64,000 nucleotides of DNA from Marsupella aquatica. Its lineage: Eukaryota > Plantae > Marchantiophyta. How positions within the stretch are numbered: position 1 is the first letter of the stretch; every line of letters begins with the position of its first letter. This document shows positions 36,813-50,051 of this stretch, piece by piece. Location of the stretch: positions 13,732,330-13,796,329 of the forward strand of contig OZ316898.1 of the NCBI GenBank assembly GCA_973895155.1, given 5' to 3'. Both the position numbers and the translations under genes were made by a program. The notes under the pieces are model-generated. The model saw only the letters and a list, made by a program, of their open reading frames with translations, had not been told where the DNA came from and made no database searches.

Positions 36813-39313
36813 GGCATATTCTGGAATGTTGAGGGCCGGAAACTCAAGGACGTTCACACGCAAGACAACCCTAATCCCATCCTTTTACTTTCAGAGTTCC
36901 AAGGAAAGTCTAAAATAGTCCATCCTGGTTGTAGTGGTCCATACCAGTTGCTTGTCCAACATTAAAAGGTATACCACACGTGGGCTTCTTTTTCTTCCAG
37001 AAACGGGAAAAAACGTTAATTAAAAAAATCTGCTTTCCAGGGCCAAGCAAAAGAGGGATCTCGGGATGCTCATGTTTTTTTTAGGTTTTCCCCCTCCATT
37101 AATTTGACGTTGGCCTCTGTGCCTTCCATGAATAATCAAAAACAAAACAAAAATTGGGTCCCTACCAACCCCACAAGTCCACAACGGCGTGTGTTATAGT
37201 ACCGGTCTTATGCGCCTCCTCAAATTACGCTGCTGCCCCCAGAAGCTACCAGTCCAAGTCTCCCCCGTCGTCCCGTGACTGCGCGCCGTCGAACGGTCCT
37301 CAGAGGCGTCATCAATTCCTCATCGAACGAAAGACCGGAGACGTCATGAATTCCTCATCGAACGAACGATCATTCTTCTTCACCCCGCTTGACAACGAGA
37401 GACGGACGAATTACGGAAGAATCGGACAGTGATGAGAAAGGAGGTTGTCCTCCTGCTGCCCTTCAGAGACAACGACGAGCTCTGTTGTCTTTCGCAATCA
37501 ACTGACGAGCTCCTCCTCGGCTCTGATCCAATGCGGACGGTCCTGCGAATCGGCGTGAATTTTATTGTATGAATAGAGTTCTTGTTCGAGGTGAGCTTCT
37601 TTCTGACCAGCTCTTCTTTGTGTGGACCCGTTTGCTCGAATTTGTGCCCCGATTTGTGCCGCGTTCCAATCTCTGTACAGTTTTGTACAGCATTAGGTCT
37701 AGTCAGCTGCCGGTCAATCGAGCGAAGGACAGAGACTTAATAATAAGAATAATTGTCTCCGTCGGGCTGACTTAGACTACGGTACCCGATTGTTAGTTAT
37801 CGTATTGTCTTGTCTCCGATTGAATCGATTCCTTCGTTGCGCAATTTGTGTCGTACCATATTGGTCCGCAGAAGTTTGATTCATGCTCGTGCAGAAGGGT
37901 CAGATGGAGGAGTTATCGTTATTATCATGAAAGAATGATGTTGATAACAAAGAGCAATCGAGCATTACTGTACTCCTGGAGTAGAATTACATCAGACGTG
38001 AGTTCGATTAATTAATTAAGGAAGTGAGGGAGACGCGAGTCTGATTGGTAGACACCGGTCTGCGGACGACAAAAGGTGTGTGCGGCGGTGAGGTTCAAAT
38101 GTCATGGGGCCCGCCGTGGATGTGACTGGCTGTGTTACATTCTTCCCGGGAGCGACACCACGACAGATATCGCAGCAGCTGCAGGACGAGGGCGCACACG
38201 TCAGGGAAGGGGGATCTGGTGTTTCGGTTGCATACTGCCCCATATGTGTGTGTGTGTTTGTAGCAGCAGTCTCCTCAGTGGTAGCAATCCGCCAGCCAGT
38301 GTGATGAGAAGATGTCTCGTTAGTGGCCGCATCAGCAGCAGGACTCTTTGCTTGCTTTCCCTTCTCGTTTCGGTGGTTTGCCCTGCTGAGCTACGGCTTC
38401 CCTTGTCGCCGCAGTAGGGCATTGTTTATACTGCGGACTCTCTCGTGCATCGATTCTTACACACGGAAGGGTGAAAGCAGCTGTCTAATCTTTTTATCCA
38501 AAACGCAGCAGCAAACAGGTGAGATTGGTACAGGTTGGACGCGCTTCCCGGTGTGGCTTGGTACGATGGTGGTGCAAGTGATGATAGTCTTACGTTCATC
38601 ACTCGAGCGGGACGGGCGTCGCAGGTTTTGTCAATTCGGTGTCTTATGAATGAATGTGCGAAGGTCTGCGCGGATCAGCTTCGAAGATCCCCTGGACCAG
38701 CCTGATCAATCAGTCGCAAGGTCGTTCTTGCATGCCGATGAGAAGTGCAGGGGGGCTTGGCATGCCCCATCCCTGTCCTCGAGGCTCGTCCTTACCATCT
38801 TTGTGGTCGTTCCTCGATCCCTGCGTTCACTTCAGACTGGATCCGGTAGTATTCTCCGTGCAAGCAGCGAATCCACAACACGTCTGCGTCCTTCAAGGCA
38901 CCCTTGGTTTTGGATTCTCCGAAGCTTGCCTGAACGCACATTTAGGGCTGCTTCATCGCGTTAAAGAAATTGGCTGCATGCGGTTGATGAATGCTTCTCG
39001 AAGGGGCTGTCTTGGCGCTGTAAGTGATCGAGTGCTCTTCTGGATCTATCTCGAATTAGCCGTAATAAAGTTGGTAATGTTCAATGCATAGCTGCTTCAT
39101 TTATTACTGGCAGTAAAGAGAACAAACAAAGTAATGCAAGATTTGTGGACTTAATGGGAATCTAGTACTAGAGAGGAGGGGGTGGTTGGGAAATGGGAGT
39201 TAGTTTATTACGGTGGCTTCAAATTTCGTTTTTCAAGTTGAGGAACTTCCGAATGCAATCATTCAGTATGTCCAGACATTAATATTCAGAAGTGGACTGC
39301 AGTGATTGCAAAC

Positions 39314-42300
39314 ATGCCGACTAAGGGCTCAATGCCGTTAGCTCTGCTCCCGGATGCGGACCTTGCAAAGAAGAAGCAAGCCACCCGGAGTTGGTTGCTC
39401 CTGGATGAGAATGGGGATTCTATGATGCTGGAAGTGGACAAGTATGCTGTGATGCACAGGGTTGGAATCCATGCGCGTGATCTTCGCATACTTGATCCTA
39501 TGCTATCGTACCCATCGACAATATTGGGACGTGAGCGTGCAATCGTTCTGAATCTTGAGGTAGCTTGTCTTGTCTGACCAATCGCTTTCGGAAGCTATTC
39601 TTAGCTAGAACCAGTTTTCAAGTGGCCCTCGTTTTGTGGATCCATTGGGGATTTGCTCAAGTTGTTCTGCTATGATGTCCTCCACTTCCGCGTTTTCTAT
39701 TAACCGATAGTTGATCCATCGTTGCGTTCTTCAGTTTTGAAAAGTAGTTCTCGATCTCAGCTTTGAGAATATGGAGATGAGTTCGTTCTGCATCAGGAGC
39801 AATCGATTGTCATGCATTCATGTTTTGATACACTGTCAAGTTTTGGATTATATTTCAGCAGCTTCGTGGCTGTTAGGATGGGACTACTCTAGACCAAATC
39901 TTAAGTTCACTTCACTTTCTTCCGCATACTTTCAACACTACATTTTAATTAGTCTAGATTATACGCGTAGGAGCTCCCGCTTTCTGTCTATGATATCTGA
40001 TCTTTCATTGACCTTACCCCGCCTCGTGCATCGGTGTCCCTTTTCATATATTTTGGATGGTGCCGTCATAGGGTGGTTAGTCACGAGCACTGCTAACATA
40101 GTTGTTCGGTAATGTTTTACAGCATATCAAAGCCATCATAACTGCAGAAGAGGTACAGTCTCCTTGTCCCATGAATTCCGTGGAAGTTGTCTTGGTGTCA
40201 CATATTACACAAATCGCAGAGATTTAGCCATGAGCATTCGACGGTGCTTGTGCAGGTTTTGCTACGAAATCCCACTGACGAGTTTGTCATCCCAATCGTC
40301 GAAGAGTTGTGTCGCCGTCTCCCTCCAAATAATGGAAGAAAACACAAGAATGCATCTGCACTTGCTGATTCTGATAATGGGACGGAAAAAATGGCTACAT
40401 CATCATGGGATCCGAAAAATGAGAATCAAGACGGAGGCCAAGAGGGTGAGTATGCTAATGGTTACGCATAGCTGTCCAAAAGTCCAAATGTCTTGGTCAT
40501 CTTGAGTTGGTCATCGGGTCTGTCTTGGTCATCGGGTCCAAATGTTGGCATCGGGTATAATTTATATCGTGGCCTAGGAAACTGACAATTTCTCATTCTC
40601 TGGCTGGTGAATAGTCCCACCGTTTGAATTCCGGGCATTGGAGGTTGCTCTGGAAGCCATTTGCAGTTTTTTAGATGCACGAACAACGGAGCTAGAGAGT
40701 TCTGCATACCCGGCGCTTGATGAACTTACAAAAAAGGTGAAACCTAATGTTTACTCGTTTTCTTTACATTCCTTTGAGAATGTCCAGCCGCTGTCAAAAT
40801 ACAATTTGGAGTGGACTTCTGGGGAGTGTCGGTTACATGATTGATACAAGATAGCATTCTAAGAAATCTTTGGTTTCCTTTTGAGTTCACCTTAGGGTTG
40901 ACATGAGTTTTTATTTACTTTTCGTTTCCCACAGATCACAAGTCACAATCTTGACCGAGTCAGGAAGTTGAAGAGTCGAATGACCAGACTAACAGCTCGT
41001 GTGCAAAAGGTGTGTGTTTCCTGGATGCGAGTCCTTTCGTGCTCTTGATTTTTAGTTCCACTAAACTTTGCACGAAATTCCCGCATTGGCTGCAAAGCTG
41101 CACTACAGTTTTAGGTGCTCTGTAGGAGGAGCACTCAAGTTTTTAGGGATGTAAGTCCCTAGTGGGAATGATGGCAGGTAAGGGATGAGCTTGAGCAGCT
41201 GCTGGATGATGATGACGATATGGCCGACATGTTCTTAACACGAAAAATGGCTGGTGCAAATTCCCCTAATGCGGCATCACTACCAGCAAACTGGATACCC
41301 GCATCACCAACTATTGGTTCCCGCATCTCTCGAGCAAGCAGGGCAAGCAATGTGTCCTCTTACATGAACGGATCATCAGATGATGTAGAAGAGCTGGAAA
41401 TGCTTCTTGAGGTATTACTTTACAACCTACCCAGGATTACAGCCAGGCTGTGAATGGCGCAGCTTAAGATGTCAGGTTTCGTTTTACTGTCATGTGCAAT
41501 TCAAACTGAATGCTGGCAATTACCTTCAGCTACTCTGGCATTTTGAGTTTATTATCAAGTGTAGCATGACTTAGGGGCCAATCACTGAAACTTGGAAACT
41601 TGCAACAGTCTGATAAATGTAACCCTCAATGCTGGACTGGTTTACATCATTGCAGGCTTACTTTATGCAGATCGATGGCACGCTGAACAAAGTGACTACA
41701 GTTAAGTCCGTTCTTTGGCTGGCTTGCCGTGAGTTATTTTGTCCTCTCTGTCTGGACCTGTCGACTGTCTTTCATTCGTTTGTCCTATGGCAGAATTTGT
41801 GTGTTTTGTTTGAACATTTAGAAACCTGACTCTGTTCAACTTACATCTGATGCAGCTGCGGGAGTATATTGATGATACAGAGGACTACATTAACATTCAG
41901 GTTTGTGGAGTGTTGTCACTGCGCCGACACTCGATGCCAGTAAAGTGCAAGAACCGGATAAGATTTCTATGAAGAGATAACGTCCATTGGGAGGCTAGTT
42001 TCGTTTGTGAGCACGCGAGTATTAGTCAAAAAGCGATCTAGAAAAATGAGCCTCCGTACTTTCAATTTGAATTGGAAGCGGAAAGCGCAAGGCTTCTTTT
42101 CATGGTGAGAAGTCCAAAATCGTTTTTACAGCATAAGAAAGGCTAAGGTATACGGTTGATAATCACGTTTTCGCTGAATTACTTGTATTTCTTTCGACTT
42201 TTGTGCTTGCAGCTTGATAATCACCGGAATCGTCTCATTCAGGTATATACAACCTTTTTCTTTTAAGTGGGTTTTGGATTCCTTGTTCCTACGTGTTCCA

Positions 42301-42822
42301 AGACTGTCTTATTCCTTGTGATACTTGTCCACTTTTCATCTGGCAGGGGTACCAGCACACATTAATGTTGTGCACGTGAAAGACCTTTCGATCTGATCTG
42401 GACACAAATGTCCTTATTGTTTGTCTGCAGTTGGAGCTTATGTTGAGCTCAGCTACAGTAATGTTGGCGCTTTTTTCACTTGTAGCTGGAATATTTGGGA
42501 TGAATTTACCTTACAAATGGAACACTGGACATGACTACGTTTTCAAATGGGTAGGTTGATCCTCTCTTGTATCTCTCTGCCCTCAAGAAAGGGGCTGTTG
42601 TTTTCACTATGCTCAATCTATCGCAACTTACGGTGATGTTCAGACATGACCTGATCATATGTTGATTTCAGATTGTCATAACACGCATTTTATCCTTGAA
42701 ATGATCTTTCTGAGTGGTTGATGTTGTGTGAGCAGGTAGTTCTTTGTGGTGGGGTTGGCAGTGGTTTGGTCTTCGTGCTGGTGCTTACATACGCACGTTA
42801 TAAAAGGCTAATTTGGTCTTGA
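39314..42822 (+). CDS. MRS2: MRS2/MGT (CorA family) magnesium transporter; exons 39314-39559, 40123-40152, 40256-40445, 40615-40736, 40935-41009, 41178-41411, 41656-41700, 41856-41900, 42213-42242, 42431-42550, 42736-42822
   Basis: [27 protein letters not shown]|[40 protein letters not shown]|[16 protein letters not shown]|LD, and the GIFGMN (GMN) motif followed by a second TM helix. Confidence 0.95.
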
Positions 42823-45800
42823 AGCTTCGAAGCGAAGATGACTATTTTCCACTGCAGTCGCACAGACACCAGCGGGTGGTTCTCTTTCCATATTCATTCT
42901 AGGGGGCAAGCCAAATTGATGACACATGGTCTTGAATGACAGACATATCTCAGTCGTGGTTTTAAGATTAGTGCAATTATGTAACATAATTTCATTTATT
43001 TATATTTGTGAGCATGAGTGGAATGGTCATTGTTACAGTACAATCAATCAGTCCAGTAAGTAGACATGGCAAACAGTGTACTAACGTGCCTTAGCAAAAT
43101 TTCCTCTAGTGATTCTGCCTCCGAACCAACCACCTGAGCTCTTTGAATGAGAAAAGTAGCTGGTGAATCATTAGTGGAGAGGATCTTGGATTAATTTTCT
43201 CGAGCAGGAACTGGGGTACTGGTCAACAATGACATATCTTTTCCTTAATGATCACTCATCACCCATCACCCATCAGGTAATCTTGATTCATTTGACCAGG
43301 GCTACAAAGTACGTTATAGACATGAAGATTTTAGGCAGTTTCATGGCTTGGATGTTTTGACTAAAGACACTTGGCTAACTGCCGCCGCGCCCCCTTAAGT
43401 TTTCTCTCGTTCCACTAGTTCCATGAACAATCCTAAAAGGGCCTTCCTCTCCCAGGACAAAGGAAAAAGTATTTTGCCCAGCCTTTAGCAGCTTATTTAG
43501 CAATTAAGTGTTAGGCATGGACTAGAAGGGGGCCAGAAATCATACTCAAGACGCACTCGTCAGGATGCAACGTATGATGCAAGATCACAGATTAGAGCCA
43601 CCCTTGGCATCCTTTCCGAAGTACCATAGCAATGGCGATGCTAGATAAATCAGATGAATAGCAATGCATATCTATGGTGAGTGAAATGGCACAAATGTGA
43701 TCGGAAATTGACTAGGAGAACTCTGGTCACATGTCAAAGTCCCCTGGCCACTAGACCTAGATCACTTCTCAGTGCAGTTATCTGCTCAGGTAGTGGTTTA
43801 ATGTAGCCGTCAAATATGTGAACGTCTTGGGCAAGTTTACAGCACCACACATTCCAAACCTCAAAGACAAATCTGAGTCAGGCTCCAAGCACCCTAACTG
43901 CTTTCCTTTGGGCAATGTCCTTACAAAAGTACCTCAGGCAGGCCTGCCCTGAGGATCTATCCAGGACAATGCCTTTGTGAGAGAACTTTACTATACATGA
44001 GAATTGAACTGGAGACCTCTTGGTTATGGGTCCCTATTCCCTGGCTACTCGACGTGGACCAATAAACCTACCCAGCTAGTTTATGGCCTTTTAGTTTTGT
44101 ACCTTCAGAAACCCCAATGCATCTTGGAGTTCATTTGACATGAAGCACAGCTTAGGAGGAGAAGAGGAAGGAGTTGAATCTGCCACTACCTTAGGGATCA
44201 TCGGGTTTGTGGAGAGAAATGAACTTATTAGACCTCTTGGAGTGATTTTGTGTCCTGCTGAACCAGCATTTTCAGATTCTCTCCCGGTGGACCAGTTTCA
44301 TAATCTCTCCCAATGGACCTCTGGGCCCACTCAGTACAACCAGCTTCCTGTGAGGTGCTCTGCCAAAATTGGGCTTACCATGTAGCCTCTTGTCATCATG
44401 GTTGGTCCTGTGTGGAACATGGCGAAGGGTCATTATGCAGTTCAAGAAGTTCATCATCGCTTTGGAGCACACAAGCACAGCCCCCTTGGGTTCCTGCTTC
44501 TATGAATATGTTGTGCATATTGTAACTATACAAACTACAAAAGAAATTTGATTTCAAACGTGTCAGCCCTTTACAAAACCCATTCTACATATTGCACATT
44601 GTCTACTGATAATGAACACATATGGACAGATTCATGATTGGATGGTATACATTGTGCACAAAGTAGTTTCATTTCACTCTTAGAAAACAATTATGCTCAC
44701 TGGTCTTACAAAGAAGCTTGGCGCAGAAAGCCAGCCCAAATGGGCAAAAACAATTCTGTCCAGTAGACATGACCATGGACAATGTGTTCAAAGCTCACAC
44801 TTAGAAAAAGTTATATTTCCCAGGCCTTACAAAGACTCTTGGTGAAAAACTAAACCTAGTGGACAAACGAAGTGCCTGATATACATGGTGGACAAGGTAA
44901 TCAAAGCTCACAGTCATTATTTGTATGTATACAAACTCTAACTGCAACGTGCTGGCTCTTGCTAATGCAGTATGACAATCAACTGTTTTGACATTGCACT
45001 TGTAGCCAACAGGATTCAGCAAGGCAATGGAACACCCAACCCTTGTAAACAAAACTGGGTTCTTCAAGTGACTTCTCTTGCTATAAGAACTTCTGGCATG
45101 AGAAGGTACCATGGGTGGACCCTAAGGTTTGTTGGGAGAGGATTGATATGTTTTGGTCCATCCAGAAAGAATGTTTCTGCAAGAGGGCTACTAAGTAATT
45201 TTCTGGTTGTACATGCCTTTTGAGAAAAGCTAATCTATTTTCCTTTCAAATTATAGCACAATTTATGCCAAAATAAACTTCTTTAGATCTCCTTTTTAAA
45301 CCCTAAAAACAATGTATACATCTGACAAATCAGCATTTTGATGTAAACAGTATATAATTGGCAATACTGATGCTCACAGTAAAATATGTCTTGTTTATAT
45401 TTTTCTAATGTCACACAAATTGCAGAGCCTTTTCTCACGTAGTAGCAATGTGAAGAGAAGGTGCTCAAGTGTAGTGGCAGACTAAAGTGGAAAGGGCAGT
45501 AGTGCATTCAGCACTATGCACTGGACTATGCACTGGAGTAATGTGCATTCCATCCATACTTCTCTTGCGACACTAAGTAAGGTGTACTTCACATAAACGC
45601 ATCCTTCCAAAAGAAGAGGACATCCAAACCCTAAACAAGTGGCCTAATGTGTCACCTAAACCCAAATTAAAAATTTAACACAGATGTTTAGCTAGGGTTT
45701 AGGGTTTGGATTTAACCCTAAATCCCCCTTACTGGTCTGTGCTTCACTGGGTTGTCTGATGTTAGGCCCTTTTTGGGCCCAAGGGTTTTGTCTGGTCTTG

Positions 45801-47138
45801 ATTGCCCTAGTGTTGTATTATATCAATGTTCACTCTAGATTGTGATTTCCAAGACAGTTTTTGTAACCATGAGATGGCCTGAAGGTGCTATTTGGTGCCT
45901 TCTTTTGCCCAACCTCTCTCTCGTTCTGCACCTCACACACTTCTTGAAATCCAGTTGCTAGATCTGAGTTGTTCCACTCCAGCCTTTGTTTAGTGGCCGC
46001 CAACACGATCAGGGATGTCCACCTTACAGACATCTTTGTTACAACAAAAATGGAGACCAAAAATCATCAACTGACATCCTATCCTCACCTTATTGCAAGC
46101 ATCAGTATTGCCAATGCTATCAAATGTGGTAGAACCCTCACACAATTGTGCAGGCCCATGAGGAATGTAGGCCTCATGGAAACCTTGTGGGAACTATTAA
46201 AATCTTGCGTCTCAAAAAGACCTAATGGAGAAAACATACCAACTTGCCTCCCTCTGGATAGTGTACGCCTTGTTAAGAGAGGGACGGCTCATTAAACCAT
46301 GCTTGCCCATATAAAGGGTCTCATTCCCTGGCTGGCTACTGTTCATTCATGCTCGCAGGTTGACCCAAAACTATGAAGCTTACCGTAAAAGGTGGACCTC
46401 GCAACTATACCCCTGCCCATCAATTGTGTTCATTAACTCTACTTATTTGGATCAGGGTTTTTGTGAGGGATATAAATTGGCAGAAAAAGCTTACTTGATG
46501 AGCCTCCACTAAAGTTTATTTACCAAGTCCTCCCCCTCTTAATTAAACCACAGCTACGTGCATAAGAGCTAAGTTAACGTACAAAAAATGTGATTCCCCC
46601 TGAATGTGATTAATTAACCCACACAAGATGTTACCCATGATTGTGATTAATTAACCTACACTAGATGATAAAGCAAAAGAGAACCTACGGCTGTATTTAT
46701 GTAAACTCCCATCGGGCTGTCGCAAAATCAATTGCCTCTTCCACCAGATTGTAGTCAACAGGACTCTACTATATATATCACACTGCCAAAACGACAGGAA
46801 GGCCAAACCAGGAGACATGGTCCCAAAGAGGGAAGGAAAGAACCCAATGAAGGGGGGAGGGGGCGAGAGGAAAAGAGTCCAAGAAGACCAAAGAAGACCA
46901 AAGAGGCCCACCAAATGAAGGAGTAACCCAGATAAATCAAAAGACTAAGAAGCAAACAAAAAACCCGAAAAGCCTGAGCTCTGCAGTAAGAGGTAAACTG
47001 CAAAGCCTCTGGAGTAAACTCTACTTGTTGTGTCATGATTTGCCTGAAAAATGTTTAGGGTTTTCGGTGACCATACCCTATTCTTCGAGTGCTACGAAAA
47101 CACCAATTTGTCTCGTTGATAGAGCTTGATTGACATTT

Positions 47139-47362
47139 TCACGTGTCTGTGGAGCTGGAGGCATTGTTTGGCAACTCACTGAGATTTTCACGTATCTGTG
47201 GAGCTGGAGGCATTGTGTGCCAATTCTTTGAGATCTTCACGTGTCTGCGGAGGTGGAGGCATTGTTTGGCAACTCATTGAGATTTCCATCGTGGAGGTGG
47301 AGTCATTTTTTGGAAACTTCTTGAGATCTCCATGTGGCTGTGGAGGTGGAGGCATTGTTTCG
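47139..47362. repeat. ~50-60-bp tandem repeat x4 upstream of mTERF
   Basis: Unit cacgtgtctgtggag(c/g)tggaggcattgtttggcaactca.tgagat. Confidence 0.85.
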
Positions 47363-48506
47363 CTAGTCCTGCCTTATAGTACTGGTAGCAGCAGCAGGAG
47401 CAGCAACTCTTTTGGCGAGGTTGAGATGAGTGTTGACGAGAAGGTGAATCTGAGCTTTGCGAAGGTGACGACGATTTAGAGGGAGAGCTTTAGGGCACGT
47501 CAGCAGAAATTTGGTCGGATGTCGGGGCGAGCGCGAGGTACGTACTTGTTGCGACTCCATCGATTTGCGGTTTCTGTAATGTCCTGGTTGTAATTTTATC
47601 GCGCCTGGCAGACTACTGTCCGATTGTGCGTCCATTGTTCCATTTTGAATAATTCTGGCGATGGTTTGATAGGAATTCCACATTCTAGTCTGTTCTTCTA
47701 TCCTGTATTGCTAGAATTATCCAGAGATGTACCATCAGATGTGTTTGAGTGGCCATTGCCAACGTCGAAACACACCCGTTTTGTTTTGCGCCGTAGACTC
47801 TCCACTGTTGCCCGCCCTCGATCTATCCAACGCATAAGTTGCCGGCCCGTCTTAGTTTGAACTGACCAGGGAACGACTTTCGAAACTATGGATGCTTCAT
47901 TTCTCATTGTTTTACAGAACCAAACCATGTAGGTCTGTAAACGCTTCAATTATATCACTGTCTCGTTTCTCATTGCCTTAGTCAATGGAACGTTGAGGGC
48001 TTTCGGCGTCTTAAAACCCAGCTGCTTTGTAACTGAAATCGCGTTGACATGCCATCACCTTATTGCGGACTCCCAACACGGTATTGTTCACGATGAATGA
48101 AGTGAATTATATCTCGTGCTAAAACACGCTCCATGTTGTTTTTCCTTGCCAACATATAAACAACCCGCCCAAATTCTAAGGCTGATCTAGGATCTTTATA
48201 CACCCCTTCAAAATTGGTAGGTGGTCAGCTCATGCTAGCTCCGGGCATGTAAAGAGAGTCATCCCAGCAGTTTCCATGCTAAAGCCTGATGTAGCTTTTG
48301 TTGTATGCACCGCTGAATGTTTGTCAGTATACTGTGTTTGGAAGAGGGTTCTTCTTATCTGTCTTGTAAAGGCGAGGTTTGCAGCTTCTTTTGCTATCGA
48401 ATGTTGAAATGATATGTACCCGCAAATACATGTTGTTTCATACCAGCTAAGGTTTCTGGCTTATTTTGCAGAAGTGCTGTCTCTCAGCCGCATTTGCCTG
48501 CGTAAA

Positions 48507-50051
48507 ATGCGGTCTACAGGGACACCACCCCCACTTCACTCTGTTCCATTCCGGCTTTACTCTGTTCGACTGCAGCAGCTACCATGTTCTACAATTGATC
48601 GTTACACACTGGTCACTTTCGTGCAGCTTGTGGGACCGAAGAAAATACAGCTGTTAGACGTCGAGCCTTCGCTCTTCAATGCTGTGAGACGTCATCCTCT
48701 AAAGTGCAAATTTTCTGGACAAACTAGAGCCTATGCCTTGCTTTCCCACAGTTCATACCAAACTTCGGCTCCTTCCTTGGAGAAGGAAGACTCTCAATTC
48801 GAGACAGATGGACGCCAGGAACTTAAGCAAGCCTTGGCTGAGTTCATGGAACTTACTCTTAAAGTTAGCAAGCAACTTGCTATCGATATCTCGGAAAATT
48901 CCCCGGCCTTTGTTGATGGACTTGTAGAAAAATTGGAGGTGTCACAGGTGGATTATTCCTCTACTGTGAACAAGAGCCTCAATACAGCCGTCAAGGAGCT
49001 ATTGGTCAAGTCCAAATTTAAGGGAGTTGAGCCCTTCTTGGAGAGCTTAGGCGTCAAGCCCGAAAATATTAAGAAGGTCAGTGATTACGCACGATCTGGG
49101 ATTAAGGGAATCTTGGTCAAAGTTGACCTACTCAAGGCCATAGGAGTTAAGCCTGAAGAGATTCCTACAGTAATATCCACGAATCCAAGGTTTCTCAGTA
49201 ATGCACTAGTAACCAATCAAGTCAAGGTTGAGTATCTGGCGCAGCTGGGTATGTCTCCTGTAGAAATCTGCAAGCTTATCAATCAATATCCAAATTCATT
49301 GAGTTTTGGCCTAAAGGATGGTGGTCTTCCCCTGGTAAAGTTTTTAAAAAATATCGGTGTTAACGATGAAGACATATGCAAAGTTTTAATCCGCTCTCCA
49401 CAGCTGCTTACGCTCAACGTGGAAAGAAAGTTGCTACCTGCAATTGAAAGCCTGGAAAGTGTTGGTATCACAGGGAGCTATTTGGCAAGGGTCGTGGTCA
49501 TGCAACCCTCATTGCTCAGACGTAGACTCGAAAGGAATATAGCATTCTGTCGAGAGTTTGGATTAGATTCAAAACCTGGGGTCATAGCAAGGTTGCTTGT
49601 AACCTGCCCGAATTTCAGTGTGGATGGATGCGCAGCTCGAGTGAGCTATCTTGAAAGCGTTGGCCTAACAAAGGAGCAGATAGTGAGTATGATTAACAAA
49701 AATCCTGCCTTCTTGAGCTTGAATGTAAAAACCTCGCTGGCTCCAAAGATAAATTACCTCATGAATGTGATGGGACGACGAGTCGACCAGCTTATCACAG
49801 CATCCACCTTCCTTACTATGAGCTTAGAACACAGAATCAAACCTCGACATGAGGTCCTTGGTGCGTTGAAAGAAGCTGGTTTACTGAAGCGAGATTACAG
49901 TCTCTCAAGTATGGGTTCGTGGAGTGACGATTACTTCTTCAAAAAATTTGTGGAGAAAAGTCCACCACATATTATGGATTTATGGAACGGCCAATCAGTT
50001 AGAAGTGCACCTCTGGTAGACGGTGAGACGTCCCATCCACCAGCTTTGTGA
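48507..50051 (+). CDS. mTERF-family protein (organelle-targeted), single coding exon
   Basis: Repeated ~35-aa units L..IGV....I..VI...P..L and a C-terminal MSLEHRIKPRH...F..KFV. The ATG at 48507 follows an acceptor-like ttttgcag (~48471). The N-terminus is Ser/Arg-rich, like a transit peptide. Confidence 0.92.
   Translation: MRSTGTPPPLHSVPFRLYSVRLQQLPCSTIDRYTLVTFVQLVGPKKIQLLDVEPSLFNAVRRHPLKCKFSGQTRAYALLSHSSYQTSAPSLEKEDSQFETDGRQELKQALAEFMELTLKVSKQLAIDISENSPAFVDGLVEKLEVSQVDYSSTVNKSLNTAVKELLVKSKFKGVEPFLESLGVKPENIKKVSDYARSGIKGILVKVDLLKAIGVKPEEIPTVISTNPRFLSNALVTNQVKVEYLAQLGMSPVEICKLINQYPNSLSFGLKDGGLPLVKFLKNIGVNDEDICKVLIRSPQLLTLNVERKLLPAIESLESVGITGSYLARVVVMQPSLLRRRLERNIAFCREFGLDSKPGVIARLLVTCPNFSVDGCAARVSYLESVGLTKEQIVSMINKNPAFLSLNVKTSLAPKINYLMNVMGRRVDQLITASTFLTMSLEHRIKPRHEVLGALKEAGLLKRDYSLSSMGSWSDDYFFKKFVEKSPPHIMDLWNGQSVRSAPLVDGETSHPPAL

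Noticed and set aside
48414-48506. Upstream ATG of the mTERF ORF
   Set aside because: It probably lies in a 5' UTR intron ending at ttttgcag (~48471), so the ATG at 48507 is preferred.
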